Shown one piece after another: positions 1-8,498 of a stretch of 64,000 bases of DNA (position 1 is the stretch's first letter; every line of letters starts with the position of its first letter). The stretch is from Candidatus Latescibacterota bacterium. GTDB taxonomy: Bacteria > Latescibacterota > UBA2968 > GCA-2709665. Location: NCBI GenBank assembly GCA_965205485.1, contig OZ242180.1:448001-512000 (forward strand), given 5' to 3'. The notes below the pieces were generated by a model. It ran no database searches and was not told where the DNA came from. It saw only the letters and a program-made list of their open reading frames with translations. Made by a program: the position numbers and the translations under genes.

Positions 1-3000
1 GGTGAACCGGTTGGATCCCGGAGCCAGCGTGGCGATCTGCTTGAGGCCGTCGGCAGAAGCGCCTCGCATCACCGTGTAGCCCTTCACACCCAGGATCGGG
101 ACGTTGTAGCCGTTATACGGAATGGAGCCAACAACATGATCGCTGGCCGAGGCCGTCCACCGCAGCACCACACCGCCTGCGCCTTCACCGGAAGCGTCGG
201 TAACCGCGGCGGGAGCGATGTCGTCAATGGCTGCCACCGGCTCCTCCGTGGCCGTGCGGGCGGACGACAGAAAACTGCCCGCGGACGCATGGCCGGCGGT
301 CCGGATGTTGGCCGGAATATTGGCGCTGCCGATCAGCCCGCTCACGTCGGGATTCGCCGGCGCGAAGATGACATTCTTCCGATCGCCAATGAGCGCCTTG
401 ACGTAGTCTTCAGGCGCGTTGAACCGATCGTTCAGCTCTTCGTCCGTCAGAAGCTCCGCCTCGGGCATACCCAGCAACTGCACCGTCTGCCGGATGCTCT
501 CCTTCGTGAACACGCGCTTGCCGGCCGTGGTCACCTCGGATTCTCCCGTACCGGTCACCGCCGTGACGCCCCAGTTGGTGGCCACGTTGTCAATTGCGGG
601 AACGATCACGGTCTGCATGTCGCCGCCCGCGTCGCCCATTTCGTCACCGGCGTCAGCCGAGAAGCTGACCCTCGTCCACTCCATCCACTCCATCCTGGGC
701 GCTTCCAGATCCACAAGATTGCCATCTTCATCCGTGGTCTGCGTGACCTCAACTTCACGCTCGATCCGGTAGTGAGTCACCGCATCGTGCTGCGCGGAGT
801 TCGGGAAGCTGACCACGACAATGCCGCCCTGGTCGCCCTGCCCGTCCGCGCCCCTGTAGTCCTGCACCACGATATTGGCCGGCGCTGCAGGCGCGCCCGG
901 ATCCGGGCCGTCTCCGTCGCCGGATACGATGCTGACCGTTACGCTGCCCGCGAGGGCGCCGGTTGTCGCGTCGTCGCCCGTTCCGGTTTCATAATCCTCT
1001 GCAACGGTCCTGACGCTGATCGTCGCGCTGCCGCCCGCGTCGGAGGCCACCGCCCCGTACGTGGCCCCTTCGATGCCGGTCACCATCTGCTGGCCGGAAG
1101 GCACGGTCACCGCGGCATTGCTGGACGCGAAGGTGAAGGCAATCGATTCATAATCCTTCGAGTCCGTATTGTTGTCAATCCTCAAACTGGGGTTGGCGAA
1201 CGAGTCGGTCGGTACCACGTGGACCGAAAACGCACCGGCCACGTTCTCAGTCGAGATCTCATCCTCGATGGCCGTGAGGGTGAACTTCGAAAACTCCGCG
1301 ACCTCGATGTTGATCGGCTTGGCCGCCTGGCCGCTGATACGCAGCGTGTAGGCACCGGTGGCGGGATCGTAGTCGCCCTCGGCCGCGTACAGGATCACGC
1401 CGGTGAGCGGCTTCTCGGACTTGAACTTGACGGTCCGCGAACCCGCGTGCCAGCCGTCGCCGTTCAGGATGGCGGCCTTCGCCACCATCCCCAGGGCGGC
1501 CAACTCGGCGGGTAGCGCGAACCCGGGCGCCGGAGACACGCCGGCGCCGCTGAAGCTCGCGGCTTCAAGCGCTTCGGCCTGGTCGCCGGAAACGATCGCG
1601 GCCAGCGCTGACGGCGTGTGATACGTCACCGCCCGAACGTCGGCGGCGTCACTATTCTGTTCCTTTTCGATACGTGTCAGCGTCGTGTCGAGCACGGACA
1701 GCGATATGGCGACGTCCACGCCGGCGACTTGCTTCTCTTCCAGATCAGGATCCGGCACAACCTTGAACATATCGGCGTCCGGATTCCCGAAACGCTCGGT
1801 GAACGTGAGCGTACCGCCGTCCGCCATTCTGACGTTACCCGCCAGGTCGAACGCCAGAATTTGCAGATGATACCGCTGGCTCTCGACGAAGCTGGTATCG
1901 TCTACCGGCCAGGTGACCAGTTCGTCCACCGTTTCCAGCCGGACGTGTCCGGGTCCCCAGGCCTGCACGATGGCCGGCCCGCCGCCCTCCTCGTGATAAC
2001 GTATGGACAGCGAATCCAGCTCTTCATTGATCTGGAAGACCGGATTCTTGGTGGTCAGGTTGATTGTGGGCGCGTCCTCGTTGTCCGCGTCCCCGGGCGC
2101 GGTCGGGGCTATTTCTTCGCCGTCAGCGCCCGCCAGGCCGGATCCCGTGGGGAACAGATTGCTGATCGTCGGAGCCTTCCAGTCGTACCGAATGCCCGAT
2201 AGGCTCATCTCGGACGCGTTGCCGAGGCTGTCCCAGACCTCGATCTTCAGGTCGTTTTGTACACCGCCAGGTTCGTCGTATCGCCAGAAAATCCGCGGCT
2301 CGTATGCGGTAGTTGTTGCGCGATCGTAGTCTTTCTGGGTAGGTGGCAGACCCTCGTCAGTAGAGGTGGCCGGATCATCGGTACTACCTTGACTGTACGT
2401 GCTGTCTCCATGGGTAATTATGACCGAATCGGGCACTTCACTCAAATCAATCCTTAGATTTTTTCCTGTATAAAACACCCTTCTTGCCTGCTCACCCGGC
2501 AATGGAATGTAGTTGCCGATGGTCCTCCCGAGAATCGCGATCAGAGGATCGTGCGATCCGGCCGCGATACTATCGGGATTGGGATAACTGACCGTTATCG
2601 TCGGCGCGGTCGCGTCTCCGATAATCGGGACGTTTGTCGCGGTTGTCGCATCGGCTGCGACTGTCGGGAATGCCGTATCGGCTGCGAGAACGCCATCGGT
2701 CCCGTGGAGGACTTTCCAATCGGCAGCGGCGGGCGCCGTAGCCGTACCGCCCACGTTACCGGCTTCGTCCACGAGATAAGCGAAGAGTTCGAGCCGCTGA
2801 TTGTCCGCAAACTGCCCCGCTTCAATTTTCGTCTCAGCGCTCGGATTCGGGCTGTACAGCCTGTCCCCGCGCAGCGTGACCTTCAACCGCGCATCGTCCC
2901 TGAAAGCGGCGGCTCTCGCCCCTTCCTCATTACCGACAAAGGGGCGATCCGATTCCTGCAGGGCCAGGATCGAGTCTGTGGGCACAAGGCCTACCTCGAT

Positions 3001-3756
3001 CCTGTCCGCCCTCGCGCCCAGAATCGAGGCGGTATTCAGTTTCAGCACCGCTTTGAATACCTTGTCTGTGATGATCTGGATCTCTCGGACGAGTTCCGGG
3101 TTGCCGCCCGTCGTATCGGTCAGTACGGTGTTTAACCCGGCCAGGTCCAGATCGATACTCGTAAATACGCCTGCATGAATCGGGCGAGCGCCGTCGACGC
3201 CGAAGAGTACCCCGTCACCCACGCGTGTGGCGCCGAAACCGGCGGTTGCGGGCGTGATCTTCCGGTTCCTCATCAGGTTGTTCAAGGGTTCTTCGTTGTC
3301 CGGATCCACCACAACCTTCAAGGCGTGGTTGGTGGCGCTCTCCAGACCGGCGTTGGCGACAACACCAATCTTGACCTTGAAAGTATCGACGCCTGACGTC
3401 GCACCGTCGCCCTTTACGATCTGATCCGTGTCGGTTGTTCCATTATAATTGTAACTGTAATACACCTTGGTCGCAAAATCGCTGGCGACAGTGGTGATAT
3501 CAACGCCTGTGGCGGTCTCACTGACGCTGGAGTCGATCACCGCCAGTTGGAAACCCTGATCGAGCCGGCCGTCGTAGCACAGGACCCGAACTCTGATCGT
3601 ATCACCGATCGCGGCCCATTCATTGGCCTTCGGCGTGTCGACGCGAATCAGGATACCCGGCGTGGCGGCCACCTCAACCTGCGCCGGGGCTGCACCAACC
3701 ATTCCGAAAACCAGCAGAAGCGCTATACTTAGACCTGAAACTGTCCTTAACAGCAT
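1..3756 (-). CDS. Large secreted acidic Ig-like/FN3-like multidomain surface protein (possible S-layer or major surface protein); 3' end beyond window
   Basis: Hand translation: RBS GGAGGTGA, ATG at 3756, signal peptide MLLRTVSGLSIALLLVFGMVGAAPA, frame open to position 1 (1252 codons). Ig-like motifs (DATAPTITV, VDEAGN, VWDSLGN, AFDLAGN) and FN3-like segments (PAAPANIVVQD, DDIAPAAVTD..VVLRWTAS). Missing from the ORF track because no stop lies in the window. Confidence 0.85.
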   Translation of the reverse strand, partial: MLLRTVSGLSIALLLVFGMVGAAPAQVEVAATPGILIRVDTPKANEWAAIGDTIRVRVLCYDGRLDQGFQLAVIDSSVSETATGVDITTVASDFATKVYYSYNYNGTTDTDQIVKGDGATSGVDTFKVKIGVVANAGLESATNHALKVVVDPDNEEPLNNLMRNRKITPATAGFGATRVGDGVLFGVDGARPIHAGVFTSIDLDLAGLNTVLTDTTGGNPELVREIQIITDKVFKAVLKLNTASILGARADRIEVGLVPTDSILALQESDRPFVGNEEGARAAAFRDDARLKVTLRGDRLYSPNPSAETKIEAGQFADNQRLELFAYLVDEAGNVGGTATAPAAADWKVLHGTDGVLAADTAFPTVAADATTATNVPIIGDATAPTITVSYPNPDSIAAGSHDPLIAILGRTIGNYIPLPGEQARRVFYTGKNLRIDLSEVPDSVIITHGDSTYSQGSTDDPATSTDEGLPPTQKDYDRATTTAYEPRIFWRYDEPGGVQNDLKIEVWDSLGNASEMSLSGIRYDWKAPTISNLFPTGSGLAGADGEEIAPTAPGDADNEDAPTINLTTKNPVFQINEELDSLSIRYHEEGGGPAIVQAWGPGHVRLETVDELVTWPVDDTSFVESQRYHLQILAFDLAGNVRMADGGTLTFTERFGNPDADMFKVVPDPDLEEKQVAGVDVAISLSVLDTTLTRIEKEQNSDAADVRAVTYHTPSALAAIVSGDQAEALEAASFSGAGVSPAPGFALPAELAALGMVAKAAILNGDGWHAGSRTVKFKSEKPLTGVILYAAEGDYDPATGAYTLRISGQAAKPINIEVAEFSKFTLTAIEDEISTENVAGAFSVHVVPTDSFANPSLRIDNNTDSKDYESIAFTFASSNAAVTVPSGQQMVTGIEGATYGAVASDAGGSATISVRTVAEDYETGTGDDATTGALAGSVTVSIVSGDGDGPDPGAPAAPANIVVQDYRGADGQGDQGGIVVVSFPNSAQHDAVTHYRIEREVEVTQTTDEDGNLVDLEAPRMEWMEWTRVSFSADAGDEMGDAGGDMQTVIVPAIDNVATNWGVTAVTGTGESEVTTAGKRVFTKESIRQTVQLLGMPEAELLTDEELNDRFNAPEDYVKALIGDRKNVIFAPANPDVSGLIGSANIPANIRTAGHASAGSFLSSARTATEEPVAAIDDIAPAAVTDASGEGAGGVVLRWTASASDHVVGSIPYNGYNVPILGVKGYTVMRGASADGLKQIATLAPGSNRFT

Positions 3757-4117
3757 TGCTCACCTCCATGTGAAACAGGACGTTTGGATTTACACTCTTT
3801 GAACCTCTCTTACCAGGCTGAATCAAGACCTCTGCATCTGCGAGGCAGCCTCGGGAAAGCGACGGCGACTCTCCGGGAGCGGCCGCAGAATCCCTTCTAC
3901 ACCCGCTCTGCCGGTTCCCGCGTCTACCTGCGTCAAGGAGGCCCATACCGGATATAGTGGGAGCGGCAGGGCAACGTCGGCCTCGGTTGCCACCTGCGCC
4001 GGCGGCCGCCCTCGCGGGGGAGGTTGGTCACCTGCGGCAAAGCCCGCTTGACCGCTCCCACGACACAATGTTCACAAATAGCGAGTTTCAATCGTTGTAT
4101 ATATGTGATATAGAAAC

Positions 4118-4133
4118 ATATGAGTTCTCATAT
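4118..4133. promoter_or_regulatory. Palindromic operator-like site ATATGAG-tt-CTCATAT in an AT-rich island upstream of the surface-protein gene
   Basis: 7-bp inverted repeat with 2-bp spacer, extra TTCTCAT half-site at 4142-4148, adjacent minus-strand TATAAT. Confidence 0.4.
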
Positions 4134-4293
4134 TATACATATTCTCATGTAAATATCATAACTTAAATCTGAGTCGCCACTTCGGACGTGTCAAGCAGGA
4201 AGGTTTGTTCAGAAGTCCAAAAATTGTCTTGGGATACTTTTTCTTGTGTATGGAGGTGCGGACGGGAGTGTTTCGGGAGCGTCACATTTTGAC

Positions 4294-4327
4294 AAAAAAA
4301 AAGAGCCGGAAATTCCGGCTCCTTTTT
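4294..4327 (-). terminator. Rho-independent terminator ending the corrinoid operon (probably bidirectional)
   Basis: GAGCCGGAA-a-TTCCGGCTC hairpin with an A-run on the left and TTTTT on the right. Confidence 0.85.
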
Positions 4328-4355
4328 GTTCGGTCCAACCCGAGTTGGCTCTCTA

Positions 4356-4625
4356 TTATTTACCGCCCTGATCGTCGTAAGTCCGTTCAAGCTCCTCTGC
4401 AACGGACAGCAGGACCGTCTGCGGGTCCCCCGGACGTTCCCGCCGCTCACTCCACTGCCAGTGGGCCAGGTATGCGTCTGTTCCGGTCAGTCCCTCCACC
4501 ATCGCTCGGCGGTCGATCGCCTCCTGAAATTCCGGAGGCATCTGCCGCGCAACCCGACGCTTGCCGTCGAAGACCCGCACCTGCGCGGGGATGTCCTTCC
4601 AGTACAACACCTGGTATTCGGCCAC
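4356..4625 (-). CDS. 'Virulence factor' family small protein (PF13769-like), usually found in corrinoid/methyl-THF clusters
   Basis: Motifs YWKDIPAQV and FQEAIDRRAM...YLAHW; 89 aa; last gene of the operon. Confidence 0.8.
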   Translation of the reverse strand: MAEYQVLYWKDIPAQVRVFDGKRRVARQMPPEFQEAIDRRAMVEGLTGTDAYLAHWQWSERRERPGDPQTVLLSVAEELERTYDDQGGK

Positions 4626-4628
4626 CGG

Positions 4629-5639
4629 TCATCCTTTCCGTTGTCTCCCGTTCATCATCCCGTGGAAGGCCCGGATATGCGACGGCCCGGTCCCGCAACA
4701 GCCTCCGATGATGGCGGCGCCGGCGACGATCAACTCGGGGACGGCCCGTGCCATGTCCTCGGCGGTCTGGGAATAAGTCGTCCGTCCTGTCTCTCGCTCC
4801 AGTTTCGGGAGCCCCGCGTTGGGATAGGCCATCAGCCTGATCCCCTGGACTCCCCGCGACACCATTGCGTCTCTGAACTGCCGGATTCCGTTGATCGCGT
4901 AAGCCATCCCCGTATGTTCCACCCGCCGGGTCTCCGCTCCGCAATTCATCCCGACGATCCCTACGTGCTCCAGCAGATTGTCACCGTCCGAAAACTCGCC
5001 GGAACCCAGGAAATCCAGGAGATCGCCCGGCGAATGCCCCCAGTCCGTCCGGTAGATCACCTCGCCTGTTTTCCGGTCCTTCGTGTACTTGCACGTGAGA
5101 TTGATCGCGACGGGCAATCCGGTCTTCCGGGCCACGTCAGCCGCAATGGCGGCCTCTTTTGCGGAAAACATGGTCTCGATGCAGATCAGATCCACCCCGG
5201 CCTGCGCGAGCGCATGGATGACCTGCTCGTGCGCATCCCTTACCTTCACGTCCGCGATGCCGAAGTCGATATCCCCCGCGTCCGACTCGATAGCCCCGGG
5301 AGACGGTCCGACGGATCCCGCGATATAGACTGCCCTGTCGCTTTTTTCGACCGCCGTTTTCGCGTGTTCCACGGCCAGCCTGGCAATCTTTCCGGCATCG
5401 TTCGCGGCTTTCCCGGCCATTTCCAGGTGAAGCGGCGAAGCGACGAAGGTGTTGGTGCCGATGACGTCGGTTCCCGCTTCAATATAGGCGGCATGAATAT
5501 CGACCACCGCAGCCGGGTGCAATTCATTCGCGAGCGCACTGTTCGTCAGTTCGATGCGCCCCTTGAACAACTCCGAACCGAATCCCCCGTCGTAAACCAT
5601 AGGCCGGGCGTCTTCCATCCGATCGAGAAATTCCTTCAT
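4629..5639 (-). CDS. Stand-alone homocysteine S-methyltransferase domain protein (MetH Hcy module/BHMT-like)
   Basis: DGGFGSEL, GTNTF, GSVGP, ETM, Zn ligands GMNCG and IIGGCCG, YPNAGLP; start moved to MKEFLDR at 5639 (RBS GGAG). Confidence 0.9.
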   Translation of the reverse strand: MKEFLDRMEDARPMVYDGGFGSELFKGRIELTNSALANELHPAAVVDIHAAYIEAGTDVIGTNTFVASPLHLEMAGKAANDAGKIARLAVEHAKTAVEKSDRAVYIAGSVGPSPGAIESDAGDIDFGIADVKVRDAHEQVIHALAQAGVDLICIETMFSAKEAAIAADVARKTGLPVAINLTCKYTKDRKTGEVIYRTDWGHSPGDLLDFLGSGEFSDGDNLLEHVGIVGMNCGAETRRVEHTGMAYAINGIRQFRDAMVSRGVQGIRLMAYPNAGLPKLERETGRTTYSQTAEDMARAVPELIVAGAAIIGGCCGTGPSHIRAFHGMMNGRQRKG

Positions 5640-5665
5640 CTTCTCCCCTGTTCCCCCCTTGAGCG

Positions 5666-6712
5666 TTAACGGTAAGCGTCCAGCGCACCCTTCCGATACG
5701 CACGCAAAAATGCCTTGCACATGCGGTCCCTGCCCAGAAGCATGTCTTCCGCTATCCGGTACGGTTCCGTGTCCCGGTCCATGGTGAAAACGCGCTGCGG
5801 GCTGCTGGTTACCGGGTCGACAAGCCCGCTGTCCGCCCCGGCCTCGACGGCCAGAATGGTGAACACGTCGTTGATCAGGCGCCGGCACGGCAGCCCGAAT
5901 GAAACGTTGCTGAACCCGCCGGTGACGTGAATCCCGGGGCCGAATCTCGCGCGAAGCCTGCGAATCGCCTCGAAGCAGTGGTTGCCGAAACCGCCGTCCA
6001 CCGATATCGGAAAGACCAGGGCATCCACGAAAACATCCTCGATCCCGATCCCCCTCGACAACGCCGCGTCCACCATCCGGGACGCGTTTTCGACCCGCTC
6101 CTCCGCGTCCTGGGGCATACCGCTCTCGCCGGCGGCCGTCACGACAACCCTGGCGTTGAACCTCAAGGCCAGGTCCAGCGCCTCCAGGCGCTCCAGCGAT
6201 GCCGAGTTCAGCAGCGGCCGTCCAGCCCCGCCGTTGCAGGCCCCGAGTCCTTCTTCAATGGTCTCCACATTGGAGGAGTCAACGGATATCGGAACGGGGC
6301 TTACCTCCTGAACGGCGCCCACCAGCCATCGCATGGCCTTCTTCTGTTCGTCCAGTCGCAGTGAGACCTCGTCTACGTTCAGGTCCAGGTAGTCCGCCCC
6401 CGCTTCCACCTGGCGCTGAATCATCCGGTGCAGGTACGCCAGCCCGTCGTCCGCCTGTGGCGCAAGGCCGGACATCGCCGCCTGCACCGCGATCTTGACG
6501 TACTTGACGCGCCCTTCTTCGTAGTCCTGCGTCCGCTTGAAATCGTCGGGAATGGTCAGGAAGCGCCGCCTCTTGCGGGTGTCGTAATAGCGGACCGCTT
6601 CCACCCCATCGGGGTTCTTCACGACGAGTCGTCCCTTTCTCAGGACAATCCGTGTCGTGTGGATGTTCTCACCGATGACGATGAACTCGCCGTCCCGACC
6701 CTCCAGTTTCAT
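5666..6712 (-). CDS. Pterin-binding methyltetrahydrofolate:corrinoid methyltransferase (AcsE/MetH folate-module-like)
   Basis: IGENI, GADYLDLNVD, ISVDSS, LLNS, GGFSNVSFGLP motifs. Confidence 0.88.
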   Translation of the reverse strand: MKLEGRDGEFIVIGENIHTTRIVLRKGRLVVKNPDGVEAVRYYDTRKRRRFLTIPDDFKRTQDYEEGRVKYVKIAVQAAMSGLAPQADDGLAYLHRMIQRQVEAGADYLDLNVDEVSLRLDEQKKAMRWLVGAVQEVSPVPISVDSSNVETIEEGLGACNGGAGRPLLNSASLERLEALDLALRFNARVVVTAAGESGMPQDAEERVENASRMVDAALSRGIGIEDVFVDALVFPISVDGGFGNHCFEAIRRLRARFGPGIHVTGGFSNVSFGLPCRRLINDVFTILAVEAGADSGLVDPVTSSPQRVFTMDRDTEPYRIAEDMLLGRDRMCKAFLRAYRKGALDAYR

Positions 6713-6722
6713 CGTATACCCC

Positions 6723-8324
6723 TCATTCTCTGCGTGCGTGGTGGTCCCGCTCCAGAAACGCGTTCGCCCAGGCGCTCGTGCCTTTGAGAGCGCCGTCCCT
6801 GAAGACCGCCGGCCCGTCCAGCATCGTCTCCTCCTCGCCGTACGCCTTGAGCCGCTCGTAGGCCAGCGACCAGATGCATTTTTTCTCCCCCACTTCGCAC
6901 CGGCCCCCTCGGGTTCCGCCGCAGGGACCGTTTCGCTGATTCTTGACGCACTGAGACTCGGGACACAGGAACGCGATATCCGGCAGCGAACAATCGCCGC
7001 AGTCCCGGCAATCGAAGCACGGAATCTTCACCGCCTGCTCGGCGCCGTGCAAAACCCTGCGCACCCTGCTTCCGGCGCGGTCGACGGCCTCGAAGAACCT
7101 TCTGCCGATGCGAAAGGCCGGACGATCCTTCTCGAAAACCTGTTCGTGCACGAAGCGGTTTATCTTGTAGGCCGTGGATACGCGGCTTCTGGCGGCCCTC
7201 AACAACTCGGGTTGTTTCGAATGACGATACGCGCGGTTGACCTCGTCCGAACTCAGCCCCGTTTCCCTGTCTGGTTCGAAGAAGAAGAACTCTTCCGGCT
7301 GCTGGAAGCAAATCCCTGAAACGAAGTCTTTCCAGTCCGCGTCTCCGTAACCCCCGCAGATGTCCAGAATCCGCGCATAGTCCTCGAACTTCAGGTGCCC
7401 GCCAAGGTACACCCCGCGGTACCCCAACCCCCGGGCGATTGCGCACTGCTTCGCGGCGAACTCCAGAAAGAAAGCCTTGCCCTTGTCGCGGGAACGGGAA
7501 TGCTTCCGCGTGAGTTCAAGCAACTCGTCGGTTACGATCACGCCGGGGATATTTCCTCCATGGAAGAACCTGGCCGAGGCGGGGCTCAGCACGTACACGT
7601 TTGCAATCGCCGGCGTGCGAAGGCCGCAACGAGCCATGTACTTCAGCAGTTCGTCCTGCTTGCGCGAGTCGTACCCGATCTGGTTGATGATGAACCCCGC
7701 GCCGTTCCGGATCTTTTTTTTAAGCTTGAAGTACTGCGGCATCACCTCGCGTTCGTACCGCTTGTGGTTGTTTGCCACCGCACCCAGGAAGAAACGTGTG
7801 GGCTTCAGGACCTGATCGCCTCTGACGCCTTCGAGCCGCATGCCTGAATTCATCTCCGAGAGCATCTTCAGGAGGCCGACCGAATCCGTATCGAACACGG
7901 CGCCCGCCTGCCCGTGATATCCGGTTGCGGGGTAGTCGCCTGAGAGCGCGAGTACGTTTTCGAATCCTTCGCTTGCCAGCTCCCAGCCCCGGCTGAGCAG
8001 CGCATTCCGGTTCCAGTCCTTGCACGACAGGTGAATGATGACTTCCTTGCCCCGGCCCAGCAGGTCCATCCCCATCGCGTCCGGGCTGTTTGTGGCGTTC
8101 CCGCCGGGATTGTCCGTGATGCTCAGGGCGTGTACGCCGGGGTGGTCGGCCAGCGCCCGCGCGAGATTCAGAACCTGGCGTCCGCGACGCTCGGTGATCA
8201 CCCCCCGGGAATTGACCAGTTCCACGCAGACGACGAACTCGTCCGTTTCCTCGAGCAGATGGCGCAGGGAGCGTTTCTTCCCGTCGTCGGGGGCTGGATC
8301 TGATTTTCCTAAAGTTGCCGCCAT
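6723..8324 (-). CDS. metF: Methylenetetrahydrofolate reductase MetF fused to a C-terminal MetV-like Cys-rich domain
   Basis: MTHFR motifs ITDNPGG, HLSCKDWNR, LALSGD, KKIRNGAGFIINQ; C-terminal CRDCGDC...CPESQCVKNQRNGPCGG...CEV...CIW. Confidence 0.85.
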   Translation of the reverse strand: MAATLGKSDPAPDDGKKRSLRHLLEETDEFVVCVELVNSRGVITERRGRQVLNLARALADHPGVHALSITDNPGGNATNSPDAMGMDLLGRGKEVIIHLSCKDWNRNALLSRGWELASEGFENVLALSGDYPATGYHGQAGAVFDTDSVGLLKMLSEMNSGMRLEGVRGDQVLKPTRFFLGAVANNHKRYEREVMPQYFKLKKKIRNGAGFIINQIGYDSRKQDELLKYMARCGLRTPAIANVYVLSPASARFFHGGNIPGVIVTDELLELTRKHSRSRDKGKAFFLEFAAKQCAIARGLGYRGVYLGGHLKFEDYARILDICGGYGDADWKDFVSGICFQQPEEFFFFEPDRETGLSSDEVNRAYRHSKQPELLRAARSRVSTAYKINRFVHEQVFEKDRPAFRIGRRFFEAVDRAGSRVRRVLHGAEQAVKIPCFDCRDCGDCSLPDIAFLCPESQCVKNQRNGPCGGTRGGRCEVGEKKCIWSLAYERLKAYGEEETMLDGPAVFRDGALKGTSAWANAFLERDHHARRE

Positions 8325-8498
8325 GCGAATTTACTCGTGTTTTTGCGGGGGACCTTGGCGCACGGTCCCTCAAAGGCGGGAAGAAGTGAGCCGGAAGAAG
8401 GTAGAGATAACCTGCCTTGAAAGGCTTCTTCTCATGCCGGAGTCAAGAAGGTATAACATACCCGGCGAAGATTTCTTCTCCCGTCTTGCGTCTTGCGT

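Noticed and set aside
136..3732. Long + strand ORFs (459, 194 aa and others)
   Set aside because: Antisense shadows of the minus-strand surface-protein gene; Arg/His-rich with no motifs.
8325..8498. Possible SAM/SAH/THF/cobalamin riboswitch upstream of metF (GGGACC/GGTCCC hairpin)
   Set aside because: No consensus elements of those families recognised; only one small hairpin.
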